From an uncultured Spirochaetota bacterium (lineage in GTDB: Bacteria > Spirochaetota > Spirochaetia > SZUA-6 > Fen-1364): DNA of 64,000 nucleotides. The stretch lies in assembly GCA_963745235.1 (NCBI GenBank), contig CAVUXE010000057.1:1-64000 (forward strand). Reading direction: 5' to 3'. The translations under genes and the position numbers were made by a program. Below the pieces are notes generated by a model that was given only the letters and a program-made list of their open reading frames with translations, was not told the origin of the DNA and ran no database searches. Shown piece by piece: positions 7,370 through 19,041 of the stretch (position 1 is the first letter of the stretch; every line of letters starts with the position of its first letter).

Positions 7370-8701
7370 TCACCCTATCCTCACCGGCTGGCCGGTTGCC
7401 TCCAGCACGGAGAGCCACAGGGGGTCTTCCGGGGAGAGCATCTTGCGCCGCGAGCAGGCGATATTGATGGGAACATGGGTGAAGTGCCCGCTCCACTGGC
7501 CAATGATGATTCCGGTCTTGCCCGCCATTCCCGCATGGACTGCGTTCTGGGCAAGCTGGATGCAGTAGATGGCGTCATGGGCGTTCGCGGTGACGGAGCG
7601 GACCATGTAGCTGGGATCTATGTACTTGACGTTCACGTACAGGTCCGTCTTCTTGAAGTAGCTCTTGATGGCGTCCTTGAGGAACTGGCCGATGTCCCCG
7701 AGGGCGGGGTTTCCGGACTCGTCCTTTCTGCCGGATGCATCCTTCACGTACTCCTGGCCCGCCCCCTCAGCCACGATGATCACCGCATGGTCCCGCTTTC
7801 GAAGCCGGTCCTCGATCAGGGCGTACAGACCACCGGGGCCTTCCAGGCCAAAAGGCACTTCGGGGATCAGGACGAAGTTCACTTCCGCAAGGGCAAGCGC
7901 CGCGTTTGCCGCTATGAAGCCCGAACCGCGGCCCATGACCTTGACAATGCCGATCCCGTACGGCGCCCCGATTGCCTCCGTGTGGGCGCTGCGGATGCTT
8001 TCCGCCGCCACGGAGAACGCGGTCTCCAGGCCGAATGTCCGCTCCACAAACGAGATGTCGTTGTCCACCGTCTTGGGGATCCCGATGACGGCGATGGAGA
8101 GTCCGCGCTTCTCTATTTCCCGGTGAATCTCCCATGCTCCCCTGAGGGTCCCGTCACCGCCAATGGTAAAGAGAAGGGAGATGCCCCTCTTTTGAAGGAA
8201 GTCCACGATGAGCCCGGTCTCCTGCTGCCCCCGGGAGGAAGAGAGAATGCTCCCGCCCTTCTCATGGATGTCCTTGACGTAGTCCGGCGTAAGGAGGATG
8301 GGCTCGTAGCCGAGCTTCGGGATGAAACCCCGGTACCCGTAGCGGATCCCGAGGATTGACCGCACCCCGTAGCGGTAATGCAGCTCCATGACCAGCGTGC
8401 GGATCACGTTGTTGATCCCCGGGCACAGCCCGCCGCAGGTGACAATGGCCGCGCGGACCATCCCTCCGTCGAAATAGATCTTCTGCCGGGGCCCGGCCAT
8501 CTGGAAGGCGGGCGGCTCTATCCCGTCCTTCACCATGGCCTGGACCGCGTCACGGTCCACGTCAAAAAGAACCGAGTGGTTGTCCTGGACGTAGTTCGCG
8601 GTCTGGTCTCCGTCTTCCGTGTTCAGACCGAGGGGGGAGGGGATGATGGGCTCCCCGAGCGTGTCTACCCTGAGGTCCTCTGCCTTCAGCTGATTTTCCA
8701 T
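7370..8701 (-). CDS. pfkA: 6-phosphofructokinase, probably ATP-dependent (GGDG + PKT type)
   Basis: TCGGLCPG, GGDGT, PKTVDND, MGRGSG and YIDPSY. Start taken at MENQLK (8701). Confidence 0.92.
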   Translation of the reverse strand: MENQLKAEDLRVDTLGEPIIPSPLGLNTEDGDQTANYVQDNHSVLFDVDRDAVQAMVKDGIEPPAFQMAGPRQKIYFDGGMVRAAIVTCGGLCPGINNVIRTLVMELHYRYGVRSILGIRYGYRGFIPKLGYEPILLTPDYVKDIHEKGGSILSSSRGQQETGLIVDFLQKRGISLLFTIGGDGTLRGAWEIHREIEKRGLSIAVIGIPKTVDNDISFVERTFGLETAFSVAAESIRSAHTEAIGAPYGIGIVKVMGRGSGFIAANAALALAEVNFVLIPEVPFGLEGPGGLYALIEDRLRKRDHAVIIVAEGAGQEYVKDASGRKDESGNPALGDIGQFLKDAIKSYFKKTDLYVNVKYIDPSYMVRSVTANAHDAIYCIQLAQNAVHAGMAGKTGIIIGQWSGHFTHVPINIACSRRKMLSPEDPLWLSVLEATGQPVRIG

Positions 8702-9681
8702 ATCTTTTTCAACCCCATCCGTGACTTTACCTCGAGCATGGTCTCTGACGCTACCGCGCGGCACTTGTCCGCGTTCGCTTCGAGGCGCTTTTCCACGGCA
8801 GCCTGTCCGCTGCCGGAGAGCTCCGCATATCTCTCCCTGATGGGATCAAGGACCTTCAGCAGGTTCTTGTGGAGGACTTTCTTGCAGTCGATGCAGCCGA
8901 TCCCCGCGGTGGTGCAGCCGTTGTGGATCTCCGTGAGCTCCGGCTCTTTTGTCACGAGCTTGTGATAGGACCAGATGTTGCACTTCTCCGGTGTTCCGGG
9001 GTCGCTCCTTCGGACCCGGGCGGGGTCCGTTTTGGCGGGGGCGAGCTTCTTCCAGATTTCATCCGGGGTTTCCAGGATGCCGATGCTGTTGCCCTTGCTC
9101 TTGCTCATCTTCGCGTCCCCGTCCAGCCCCGTCACGCGCGGCGTCGGGGTGAGGAGAGCCTGGCATTCGGGGAAGGTGTCCCCGTAGCGCGCGTTGAAGT
9201 GCCGGGCCACCTCGCGGGTGAACTCCACGTGCTGGACCTGGTCCTCCCCAACCGGAACCACATCGCCCTTGTACAAGAGTATGTCGGCGGCCTGGAGCAC
9301 CGGGTAGTCGAGGAGGCCCACGTTGACGGACGCGCGGAACTGGTCCCGCTTGTCCTTGAATTGCGTCATGCGTTCCAGCTCCCCGAGGGGCGTGATGGTG
9401 TTGAAGAGCCACGTCAGGTCCGCGTGCCCGGGGACTTCTGACTGGACAAAGAGGGTTGTGCGCTCCATGTCGATGCCGCACGCGTAGAGCGTGGTTGCCA
9501 GCTGCATGACCCGCCCGGGCATCTCCGCCGGCTCGTACGGGATGGTCACGGCGTGGAGGTCCACCACCGAGATGTATGAGACATAGTTGTTCTGGAGCTG
9601 GACCCAGTTGGCAACCGCGCCGAAATAGTTGCCCAGGTGCAGCTCTCCGGTGGGCTGGATGCCCGTGAAAAGGACCTTCAC
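8686..9681 (-). CDS. trpS: Tryptophan--tRNA ligase
   Basis: GIQPTG.LHLGNY, YPVLQAADIL, VPVGEDQ and KMSKS. Confidence 0.98.
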   Translation of the reverse strand: MKVLFTGIQPTGELHLGNYFGAVANWVQLQNNYVSYISVVDLHAVTIPYEPAEMPGRVMQLATTLYACGIDMERTTLFVQSEVPGHADLTWLFNTITPLGELERMTQFKDKRDQFRASVNVGLLDYPVLQAADILLYKGDVVPVGEDQVQHVEFTREVARHFNARYGDTFPECQALLTPTPRVTGLDGDAKMSKSKGNSIGILETPDEIWKKLAPAKTDPARVRRSDPGTPEKCNIWSYHKLVTKEPELTEIHNGCTTAGIGCIDCKKVLHKNLLKVLDPIRERYAELSGSGQAAVEKRLEANADKCRAVASETMLEVKSRMGLKKIWKIS

Positions 9682-9798
9682 TGCCTCCTCCTCGTCAGCA
9701 CGTTATAGATGAGCGCGCCGGGCCGTGTCAACAAAGCGGATGGACCCCTTCGCTTGTTTTCAGAGGGAACTGAGATTAAATTGAAACTGGAGACCGCG

Positions 9799-10050
9799 AT
9801 GACAGCCAGGACAGAAGCAGTCCAGGAAGGACGCGCCTTCGTTGAAGTTCACGAGGGCAGGACGGGCCGTTTGGTGACCGTTGGCGTCTGTCCGGCGTGC
9901 TGGAACTCTCCGGCGCGCAGGAAGATGCTCCTGGCAGTGCTCGCAAAAAGGAGCTTCGTGGTCGTCCATGGCGAGGACGGGGCGACGGGCATATACCTGC
10001 CCGGCACGGCGCATGCTCCGAATTGTCCCTGGAGCCTCGCAGGGAGATAG
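9799..10050 (+). CDS. Small hypothetical protein (83 aa) with CxxC...HxxxC
   Basis: GGAG RBS before ATG 9799. It fills the trpS-ftsH gap and ends 4 bp before ftsH. Contains VCPACW and HAPNCPW. Confidence 0.6.
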   Translation: MTARTEAVQEGRAFVEVHEGRTGRLVTVGVCPACWNSPARRKMLLAVLAKRSFVVVHGEDGATGIYLPGTAHAPNCPWSLAGR

Positions 10051-10054
10051 AGGA

Positions 10055-11887
10055 ATGAACCCGGATCAGCACAAAAAGACTCAGTTTTCGATTTTCTACG
10101 TCCTGATAGCGCTTCTCGTCATCCTGGGGCTGCAGTGGTACCTGGGGGGCGGAATGTCGAGCGACGTTGCGTACAGCGACTTCAAGAAATACCTCTCGGA
10201 TGGGAAGGTGAGAGAGGTCGTGATCTCTCCCTCTGACATCCAGGGCGTGCTGGCCACGCCCGGAGGGCAGCCGACGCCCTTCCACACGATGCGGGTGGAT
10301 GACCAGGACCTCGTGAGGCAGCTCACCGAGAAAGGCGTGAAGTTCACGGGCAAGGCCCAGGGATCCATCCTGGGCAACGTCCTGTCCTGGATCCTGCCCC
10401 TGGCAATCATGTTTGCCCTCTGGAACTTCTTCATGATGCGGATGGGCTCGGGCGGCCCCGGGGTGCTCAGCATTGGCCAGAGCAAGGCAAAGCTCGTTGC
10501 CGACATGGGAGCCAAGCGGACTACCTTCGGGGACGTGGCGGGCATTGACGAAGCCAAGGAGGAGCTCCAGGAGGTCGTTGACTTCCTGAAGACCCCGCGG
10601 CGCTTCGAGGACCTGGGGGGCCGGATCCCCAGAGGGATCCTCCTGGTGGGCGCCCCGGGGACCGGCAAGACCCTTCTTGCAAAAGCCGTTGCCGGTGAAG
10701 CGGGCGTCCCTTTCTTCAGCATATCGGGGTCGGAGTTCGTTGAGATGTTTGTCGGCGTTGGCGCCGCGCGGGTCCGGGATCTTTTCTCCCAGGCCGCAGG
10801 CAAGGCGCCATGCATCATCTTCATTGATGAGCTGGATGCCCTCGGCAAGGCCCGCGGTTACAGCCCCGTGGGAGGATACGACGAGCGCGAGCAGACCCTG
10901 AACCAGCTCCTCACGGAGATGGATGGCTTTGATACGCGCAAGGGCGTAATCATCATGGGGGCGACCAACCGGCCCGAGATCCTGGATCCCGCGCTCCTTC
11001 GGCCGGGGAGATTTGACCGGCAGGTGGTGGTTGACCGTCCCGACCTGGTGGGCCGGGAAGCCATCCTGAAGGTCCACATCAAGGGCGTGAAGCTTGCAAG
11101 CGATGTGGACCTCCACGTCATTGCCCAGCGGACGCCCGGCTTCGTGGGGGCGGACCTCGCCAACATCGTGAATGAAGCCGCCCTCCTTGCCGCGCGACGG
11201 TCCAAGACGGAAGTCCACATGCCTGAGTTCGACGAGGCCATTGACCGCGTGGTTGCCGGGCTGGAGAAGAAGAAGCGGCTCATCAGCCCCCGGGAGAAAA
11301 AGATTGTCGCCTTTCACGAGTCCGGACATGCAATCGTCGGACACAGCCTCGGCAGCTCGGATACCGTGCAGAAGATTTCCATTGTCCCCCGCGGAGTGGC
11401 GGCGTTGGGATATACCATCCAACTCCCCACGGAAGACCGCTACCTGGTGACAAAGCGGGAGCTGGAGGAGAAGCTTGCTACCCTCCTGGGCGGGCGCGTC
11501 GCGGAGGAGATATTCTTCAACGACGTCTCAACGGGGGCGCAGAACGATCTCTTCAAGGCTACCGACATCGCCCGGGCAATGGTCAAGGAATACGGGATGA
11601 GCACGCGCATGGGCCTGACCGCGTATGAGCGGCCGCACAACCCGTTCCTCCGCGGAGACTCGTACTTCCCGACGGAGAAGGAGTACTCGGAGAAGATCGC
11701 CGCGGAGATCGATGAGGAAGTGAGGCTCATCCTGCAGAAGGCGCATGAAACGGCGAAGGCCATCCTGGAAGAAAAGCGCGTCAAGGTGGAAGAGCTGGCG
11801 AGCCTGCTGCTGGAGAAGGAAGTGGTGGATCGGGAAGAGTTCGTGAAGCTCTTCGACGGGGTGGAACAGAAGAAGGAGCTCGCCTAG
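10055..11887 (+). CDS. ftsH: ATP-dependent zinc metalloprotease FtsH
   Basis: Two TM segments, [25 protein letters not shown] and HESGH. Confidence 0.98.
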   Translation: MNPDQHKKTQFSIFYVLIALLVILGLQWYLGGGMSSDVAYSDFKKYLSDGKVREVVISPSDIQGVLATPGGQPTPFHTMRVDDQDLVRQLTEKGVKFTGKAQGSILGNVLSWILPLAIMFALWNFFMMRMGSGGPGVLSIGQSKAKLVADMGAKRTTFGDVAGIDEAKEELQEVVDFLKTPRRFEDLGGRIPRGILLVGAPGTGKTLLAKAVAGEAGVPFFSISGSEFVEMFVGVGAARVRDLFSQAAGKAPCIIFIDELDALGKARGYSPVGGYDEREQTLNQLLTEMDGFDTRKGVIIMGATNRPEILDPALLRPGRFDRQVVVDRPDLVGREAILKVHIKGVKLASDVDLHVIAQRTPGFVGADLANIVNEAALLAARRSKTEVHMPEFDEAIDRVVAGLEKKKRLISPREKKIVAFHESGHAIVGHSLGSSDTVQKISIVPRGVAALGYTIQLPTEDRYLVTKRELEEKLATLLGGRVAEEIFFNDVSTGAQNDLFKATDIARAMVKEYGMSTRMGLTAYERPHNPFLRGDSYFPTEKEYSEKIAAEIDEEVRLILQKAHETAKAILEEKRVKVEELASLLLEKEVVDREEFVKLFDGVEQKKELA

Positions 11888-11910
11888 GCACGGAGGCAGC
11901 CCCGGCTGGC

Positions 11911-12648
11911 CTATGCCGGGGCGGTGGCGCTCTTCAGCTCCCGTTGGGCCCGGGACTCGATGTATTTCAGCAATGTGGTGTGCCCGCCCTCGCCGAAGCC
12001 AAGGAACTGGAATCCCAGCTCTTCGCGGTTGCGGGTCAGCTTGCAGTCCACGGAAATAACGGTGTCTTCCACCTTGAGCGAGCAGTGCGGAATCTCGATC
12101 CCCACCGGAAGGTCCGCTGCGGCAGTGGAGACGCTGGGAAGAAAGCTCGATCCCTGGATGGAAAGCTCGCGAACGGCTCCCGTGACGAAGGAAAGCCGAA
12201 GAGGGTGCGTGAACGCGAACCCGACGCGCTCCGGGGCTGACGGCACGAGGCGGGTATAGTTTCTCTTGTCCCGCACTGATCGGTAGCGCCGGATGATCTC
12301 TTCCAGGCGGTAGAGCTCTTTCTTGTCGGAAAGGTTTCGTCCCAGGATTCCGTTTGCGCCCAGGTGCGCCGCCTTGGCCCCGTCCTCCATGGGAAAGTCG
12401 CTTGCGGTCACCAGGAGGAAGATGACCTCTTCCCGCGGCTTCTTGTCCCGCACCAGCTTGAGGAGAGGCTTCCAATGCCGGGGGAAGTCCACCGCGTCAA
12501 AGAGGATAGTCTGGGGCTGCATCTCCTCGAATCGCTGTATTGCCCGCACGGGGTCTGTTTCCTGCTCCAGCTCGAAGCCCAGCGGCTTGAGATGGTAGCC
12601 CAGGACGTTCGCGTGCTCCTTTGATGATGCAACGAGGAGCAGTTTCAT
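11911..12648 (-). CDS. Receiver-like domain + PilZ domain protein
   Basis: Degenerate REC N-terminus, then RNYTR (RxxxR) and ELSIQG (D/ExSxxG), with a C-terminal LGFQF. Confidence 0.75.
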   Translation of the reverse strand: MKLLLVASSKEHANVLGYHLKPLGFELEQETDPVRAIQRFEEMQPQTILFDAVDFPRHWKPLLKLVRDKKPREEVIFLLVTASDFPMEDGAKAAHLGANGILGRNLSDKKELYRLEEIIRRYRSVRDKRNYTRLVPSAPERVGFAFTHPLRLSFVTGAVRELSIQGSSFLPSVSTAAADLPVGIEIPHCSLKVEDTVISVDCKLTRNREELGFQFLGFGEGGHTTLLKYIESRAQRELKSATAPA

Positions 12649-12657
12649 GCGCGCCGC

Positions 12658-13710
12658 CTATTGAGTGCCAAGATTCTTGATTTCGTAGTCGTCAATTATC
12701 CAGTACCTGTCCCTCTTCTTCAAGAGGTAGGTGTACTGCTTCAGCTCGGTGTAGTCAGGGTACTTGAACCTCTCCAGCACCTGCACCGTGGCTTCACTCG
12801 GATCATACGACGTCTTCTGGATCTCGAAGGACGTGGGGATGATGCTGATCTCCTGGTCGATCCTTGCCTGCATCAGCTCCTGGCGGAACTGGTCGATCAT
12901 CTGGCGCTGTGCCGCCTCCGATGATCTGCGGAACACCCGATCCCTCTCCGGATTGCGCCGGAGCAGGGACTCGAGGTCCAGGTAGAGAAAGAACTTCTCC
13001 CACTGGCTCTTCTGCCGCGCGCTGATCGTGTATGCTACTACCTCGTCCGGCGGGAGCGGGGCCCGCGCAATCAGCGCCCCGGTTTCGGCTTCCACCGCTG
13101 CCCGTTCCTCCGCGCCCATCACGGGGGGCTTGATGTTCAGCGTCATGCGGTTGGATTGCATGACCGTTGAGCCGGGGCCGCGGAACAGGTCGGGATAGAA
13201 CATTGCCTCCACGACGTAGAGGCCGGCGTCGGTGAAGGAGATGTACCTGGCAAGGTCGACCACGAAGCTGTAGTCCTCTCCCGGCTCCAGGCTCACGTCG
13301 CGGAAGAACACCGGTTGATCCGAGTTTCGGCCCATGGTAAATTCCTTCGCGTGCGCAAGGGGAAGGTTCGTGGTGGTGCGCACGTCGAAGTCGAGGTTGT
13401 AATAGCGATTGTCGGCTACCCGGAACCTCATGGTGTCCGGTGAGTTGTTCTGGATGACCGCCTGGATCTGGATTTCGTCCCCGAGGAAGTAGATCTTTTT
13501 CTCATAGAAGCGGACGGAGAAAGCCGCGGTTGGGGCAGCCATGGAGCTGGAGGCGCCGCCGACGCCCGGCATGGCTGACCCGCCTGCCTGGCCCTGGATG
13601 CCGGGCTGACCCTGTGTGCCGGGTTGCCCCTGCGGGCTGACCTGTGCCGCAACCCAGAGAGGTGGGACAAAAACGAAAAGCGCGAACGCGAGGGCAAGAT
13701 TCTTACTCAC
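12658..13710 (-). CDS. Exported hypothetical protein
   Basis: Signal-peptide-like N-terminus, Q/G/P-rich linker (QGQPG repeats) and strong codon bias. Confidence 0.8.
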   Translation of the reverse strand: MSKNLALAFALFVFVPPLWVAAQVSPQGQPGTQGQPGIQGQAGGSAMPGVGGASSSMAAPTAAFSVRFYEKKIYFLGDEIQIQAVIQNNSPDTMRFRVADNRYYNLDFDVRTTTNLPLAHAKEFTMGRNSDQPVFFRDVSLEPGEDYSFVVDLARYISFTDAGLYVVEAMFYPDLFRGPGSTVMQSNRMTLNIKPPVMGAEERAAVEAETGALIARAPLPPDEVVAYTISARQKSQWEKFFLYLDLESLLRRNPERDRVFRRSSEAAQRQMIDQFRQELMQARIDQEISIIPTSFEIQKTSYDPSEATVQVLERFKYPDYTELKQYTYLLKKRDRYWIIDDYEIKNLGTQ

Positions 13711-13746
13711 CTTGGAAGCTCCCGATTATAATATTCGGACGATTCA

Positions 13747-16700
13747 ATGACAAACTTGTTCCGAAAACAGCTTGACCTGCACTTCCAGCGCTCAAAAGCC
13801 TTCCACGCCGTTGCCGAGGCCCAGGGGAAGAAAAGCGCGGCAGTGCGCGTCCATGGACCCAAAGGGGCCTACCTTTCCCTGGTCATTGACCGCCTGCACC
13901 GCCACGCCAAGAGCGGCACGTCGCTCGTCGTCGTTCCGACCGAGATGGAGGCGGAGGCAATCACCCAGGACGTGGAGTCCTTTGGCGTCGCGAGCCCCGT
14001 GCTGTTCCCCTGGTGGGGCACGGTGGGGTACGAGGGGGCAAGCCCGCTTGCCTCGATTTTCGGGGAAAGGGTCTCCACTCTATCGAGGATCACCAGTGGT
14101 GAGGACCTCCTGGTTGTGACTCCCCTCAGGGCCCTCCTGACGCCCGTGCCTGCGCCGGGCTACCTCGCCACCCGCACTGTCTCCGTCAGGAAAGGACAGA
14201 AACTGGACCCGCAGGAGACCGCGGCGCGGCTCTCAGCCGCCGGGTACCTGCGCGTGCCCACGGTGAGCATCCACGGCGAGCTTGCCGTCCGTGGGGAGGT
14301 CCTCGACGTCTTTATTCCCGGCCACGAGCTTGCGGTGCGCCTCACCCTGGATTTCGACACCGTTGCCTCTATCCGGAGGTTCGACCCCATCAACCAGGGC
14401 TCGACAGAGACGCTGGACCGGATCGACATCACCCCCTGCCGCGAAGTTGTCATTGGCCAGGAGGAGAGCCGCTGGCTCTCCAAGGGGCTGCTGGACCAGG
14501 GCTTTGGCGAAAAGGAGGTGGAGGTCACCATTTCGCAGTTGATGGATGATCCGGAGGCGGGAGGCGTCGAGCTGTTCTATCCCCTGTGCTTCGAGTCGCC
14601 TTCCTCCCTCCTCGACTATCTCGGCCCCGGTGCGCAGGTGTTCCTGGTGGATGAGGAGAGGCTGCTGACCAGCGCGGCATCGCTGCGCAAGGAGCACCTG
14701 GAGCTCTTCCGCAGGGCGCGGTCAAAGAAAAGGATCGTTCCCGGTCCACAGAAGATCTTCCTGGACTTTCCCGAGCTCCTTGCGCGCGCGCCGCGCCGCG
14801 TGGACTTTGCCGCGGATGCGGCGGCGGACGCGCTTGCCCTTCCTTCGGACGGCCCCAGGTCGTTCTTCGGCAATTTCACTTTCTTCCGCGAAGAGGTGGA
14901 AGCGGCGTTGAAGAACGGGTACTCGGTGTTCATTTTCGCCGTCTACGACGTCCAGGCGGATCGCCTGCGGCACATCCTGAAGGATCTGCCCGTCGCGATC
15001 CTTCCGTAGAGCATCTCCGCCGGCTTCGCGCTGCCGGAGCAGAAGGTCCTTGCCATCCAGGAGGCGGAGATCTTCGGCCGCAAGCGGCGGATCCCCCGCT
15101 CGGTGGGCGCGGCCAAGAGCGCCGCCATAGAGAGCTTCGTGGAGCTCACGCCGGGGGATTTCGTCGTCCACGTGAACTACGGAATCGGGGAGTTCCAGGG
15201 CATCGAGCGCATTTCCGCGGCCGGCAACGAGCGTGACTACATCACCCTGGAGTACGCGGACGGGGAGAAGCTCTTCATCCCCATCGAGCAGGTCAACCTG
15301 ATCCAGCGCTACATCGGCCAGGAGGGGAGAAAGCCCCGGCTGGACAGCCTCGGCGGGAAGGGGTGGCAGAAGCGCAAGGAGAAGGCCCGCAAGGCGGTGG
15401 AGGAGCTGGCGCAGGGGCTGCTGGACCTGTACTCGCGGCGCAAGGCGGAACCCGGCTTCGCCTTCCCGCCGGACACCGACTGGCAGAGCGAGTTCGAGGC
15501 GGCCTTCCCCTACCAGGAGACCGAGGACCAGCTTCGCTGCATCGAGGAAGTGAAGAAGGACATGGAGTCACCGCGACCCATGGACCGCCTGGTCTGCGGT
15601 GACGTGGGATACGGAAAGACGGAGATCGCGCTGCGCGCCGCGTTCAAGGCCGTGATGGGCGGCAAGCAGGTGGCGCTCCTCGCGCCCACCACCATCCTCG
15701 TGGAGCAGCACTTCGAGACCTTCCGCGAGCGCTTTGCGAGGTTCCCGGCATCCATTGCCATGCTGTCGCGCTTTCGGACCGCGAAGGAGCTGAAAGCGGC
15801 CATCGCCGACATCGCGGGCGGCAAGGTCGACATCGCCATCGGGACCCATCGCTTGATCCAGAAGGACGTGAAGTTCAGGAACCTCGGCCTCCTCGTTGTG
15901 GATGAAGAGCAGCGCTTCGGAGTCAAGCACAAGGAGCGCCTGAAGCAGATCAAGAGCTCGGTGGACTGCCTCACCCTCACGGCCACCCCCATTCCGCGCA
16001 CTCTCAACATGTCGCTGATGAAGGTCAGGGACATGTCCATCCTCAACAGCGCGCCGCAGAACAGGCTTCCCATCGAGACGTTCGTGACGGAGTTCAACGA
16101 GGAGCTGGTGGCACGCGCCATCCGGGAGGAGATCGCGCGCGGAGGACAGGTCTACTACCTGCACAACCGCGTGGAGACCATCGGGGAGATCCACCTGTTC
16201 CTGCAGAGGCTCGTGCCGGAGGTTTCCATAGCGGTTGCCCACGGCCAGATGGAGGAGGACGGGCTGGAGGAGGTGATGCGCGGGTTCGTGCATGGGGAAA
16301 GGCAGCTGCTGCTCTCCACCACCATCATCGAGAACGGCCTGGACATCCCCAACGTGAACACCATCATCATCGACCGCGCTGACAACCTGGGAATCTCCCA
16401 GCTCTACCAGCTGCGCGGGCGGGTGGGCAGAGCCGGCATCCCCGCGTATGCCTACCTCCTGTACCCCGACCGGCGGGCCCTCAGCGAGGTGGCCATGAAG
16501 CGCCTGCGGATCATCTCCGACAACACCGAGCTGGGCTCCGGTTTCCAAATCGCCCTCAAGGACCTGGAGATCCGCGGCGCCGGCAACATCCTGGGCCGGG
16601 AGCAGCACGGCTACATCCTCTCCGTGGGCTACGACCTGTACCTGAAGATGCTGGACGAGGCGGTGGCCTCTCTCTCTTCCCGCGACCGCGAGGAGGCCCC

Positions 16701-17139
16701 GGAGGTCTACATGGACCTGGAATACTCGGGGTACATCCCGGACTCCTACATTCCGGACGCCATGGAAAAGATGGAGGTGTACAAGAAGATCGCGGGCGTC
16801 ACGACGGATGAGGAGTTCGACAAGGTCTACCGGGAGATCGAGGACAGGTTCGGCCCCGTTCCGGACGAGGTGCACAGCGTCCTGGCCCTCGCCGAGATCC
16901 GGATCATCTGCCGCAGGCTCTTCATCACCTCCATCAAGGAGGAGAAAGGCACGCTTGCCATCGAGTTCTCACGCCTGTCCAAGGTTTCCGTGGACAAGGT
17001 GGTGCGGATGGTGAAGGAAGGGCGGGGCAGGGTCACCCTGGATCCCATGAAACCCAATGTCCTCATCATGCGGACGGGCGCAATAGGCTTGCGGGAGAAG
17101 TCGGAGTTTCTGAGGGAGCGCCTTTCCATGCTCACTTGA
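13747..17139 (+). CDS. mfd: Transcription-repair coupling factor, interrupted by an in-frame TAG at 15007-15009
   Basis: UvrB-homology N-terminus, CarD/RID, GDVGYGKT, DEEQRFG, QLRGRVGR and TRCF. Both ORFs share one frame across LP*SISAGF. Confidence 0.93.
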
Positions 17140-17172
17140 GGGGAGCGGGATTCCCGCGTTATACTGCAGGGG

Positions 17173-17520
17173 ATGAAAAGCATCCTGGTCATTGACGACG
17201 AAACCATGATCCTTGATGCGATCAAGATCATTTTCGAGGACATGGGCTATGCAGTGAAGGTCTTCTCCGATTCCCATGCGGGTATGGAAGAGGCCATCCG
17301 CAACGACTACGACCTCATCCTGGTGGACGTGCGCATGCCCGGGATGAACGGCGCTGAGGTCACGGAGGGCATCCGCAAGGGCAAGGCGGGGGCCAAGATC
17401 CTCATCATCACCGCGTATCCGAACGATCCCCTTGCCGCCCGCGCCCTGCAGGCCGGGGCGTTCGGCCTGCTGAAAAAGCCGTTCGAGATCGCGAAAATCC
17501 TGGACTTCCTCAAGGAGTGA
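17173..17520 (+). CDS. Single-domain response regulator
   Basis: ILVIDDE, DVRMPG, ITAY and KPF. Confidence 0.93.
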   Translation: MKSILVIDDETMILDAIKIIFEDMGYAVKVFSDSHAGMEEAIRNDYDLILVDVRMPGMNGAEVTEGIRKGKAGAKILIITAYPNDPLAARALQAGAFGLLKKPFEIAKILDFLKE

Positions 17521-17595
17521 GCGGGTGCCCAGATCCGACGAGCACGCCTATGAAGGCCTGATCCGCGAATCGGAGCGGATCCTCCAGGACGCGGG

Positions 17596-19041
17596 GTGAT
17601 CCACCAGGAGAGCGAGTCAACCACTGAAGACCGGGCAGCCGCGCGGGGGAGGCAGGAGCTCGCGTCCCTCAAGGCCGCCGAAGGGGAAAGCGCGGACGGC
17701 TACGCGGACATCAGGATCTCCGAAGATCGCATGATGGCGGCAGCCAGCTTCTACCCGCCGGTTGGAGCCGGAAGGCCGGTGGAGTTCCTCGAGGTGCAGG
17801 AGCTCATGATCGCAAAGGGGCTGCGTTTCGGCATCTCCTGGGATACCGTCAGGTCTTCCGTCCTGGCATGCAACACCTCGCGCAAGGCCCATGCGGGAGT
17901 GGAGGTGGCGCGCGGTCGAAGGCCCACGGATGAGATTGGCCCCCGCCTGGAGGTGGAGCCGGCCCTCCTCAAGAAGGAGACAGCGGAGAGTCCCGAGGCG
18001 CAGGCGGTGGACTTCAAGGCCATCAGCCCTTTCCGCTTCGTGAAGAAGGGTGACGTCCTGGCGAGGATCACGCCGCGCATCGAGGGCACCGCGGGCATTG
18101 ACGTAATGGGTGCCGTGGTTGCGTACGGCAAAGCTCCCGCCCCCCGCCTGAAGCCGGGAAAGAACACACTGGTGACCGGTGAAACGGTGGTGGCCCAGTG
18201 CGATGGAAAGTTCGTGGCGGGGGAGGAGTCCTTCTGGGTGAGCGAGGTCCTGGAGATCCAGGGAGACGTGGACTACTCCACCGGGCACATCGACTTTGCT
18301 GGTGACGTCGTTGTGCACGGCCAGATCAAGCAGGGCTTCAAGGTGAAGGCGGGCGGGTCGCTGACCTGCTCAAAGCTGATAGATGCCTCCGAAGTGTCAT
18401 GCGGAGGTGACCTGGAGACCGGCCAGGGGATCCTGGGACGCATGCAGGGCACTGTCAAGGTGGGCGGCCGCGTGCGGGCAAAGTTCATCGAGAATTGCTA
18501 CGTGGAGGCCGGCGGTGACGTGATGGTGGCCACGGGCTGCCTCAACTCCGTCATCAACACTCTGGGCGTGATCTCCACGGGCCCCCGGGGCGTGATCATC
18601 GGCGGGAAGCTGCACGCTCAGAAGGGAGTTTCGGCATTCCAGATCGGAAGCACCGCGGGCGTCCGCACGGAGATTCACTGCGGCGTCGACTACCGTGTGC
18701 AGCAGAAGCTTGCGTGGATCAGGGACAAGAACATCGAGCTGGCCCTGAAGCTCAAGGAGGTGGAGGCTACCCTTGCCTCCAAAGGGGAGAGCCCTCGCCT
18801 CGCGGCGCTGCGTGACAAGCTGAAGGCGGCCATCCGCACGATGAACGACTCCGCGAAGAAAATCATCGCTTCTCTGGACAAGAACGAAGATGCGGCGGTG
18901 ACGGCCAGCGGAGAGATCCACCATGGCGTGTTCGTGGAGATCTGCCACGTGCCGCTGGTTGTCTCCAAGCCCATGAGCCGGGTCCGCCTGGTCCTGGACA
19001 AGGCCTTCGGCATCGTGTCACCCGAGCGGCTCAGGGCCTGA
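17596..19041 (+). CDS. FapA (DUF342) family protein
   Basis: ISEDRM.A, VKKGDVLA, GDVDYSTGHIDF.GDV.V.G.I..GF.V, KFIEN and IIGG. Confidence 0.88.
   Translation: MIHQESESTTEDRAAARGRQELASLKAAEGESADGYADIRISEDRMMAAASFYPPVGAGRPVEFLEVQELMIAKGLRFGISWDTVRSSVLACNTSRKAHAGVEVARGRRPTDEIGPRLEVEPALLKKETAESPEAQAVDFKAISPFRFVKKGDVLARITPRIEGTAGIDVMGAVVAYGKAPAPRLKPGKNTLVTGETVVAQCDGKFVAGEESFWVSEVLEIQGDVDYSTGHIDFAGDVVVHGQIKQGFKVKAGGSLTCSKLIDASEVSCGGDLETGQGILGRMQGTVKVGGRVRAKFIENCYVEAGGDVMVATGCLNSVINTLGVISTGPRGVIIGGKLHAQKGVSAFQIGSTAGVRTEIHCGVDYRVQQKLAWIRDKNIELALKLKEVEATLASKGESPRLAALRDKLKAAIRTMNDSAKKIIASLDKNEDAAVTASGEIHHGVFVEICHVPLVVSKPMSRVRLVLDKAFGIVSPERLRA

Noticed and set aside
13590-13645. QGQPG repeats in the exported protein
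   Set aside because: An ordinary low-complexity linker after the signal peptide.
15007-15009. Amber recoding or pyrrolysine readthrough in mfd
   Set aside because: TAG terminates many genes here at their expected ends (ftsH, metK, flgN, flgL, flaB), and no pyl genes are present in the window.
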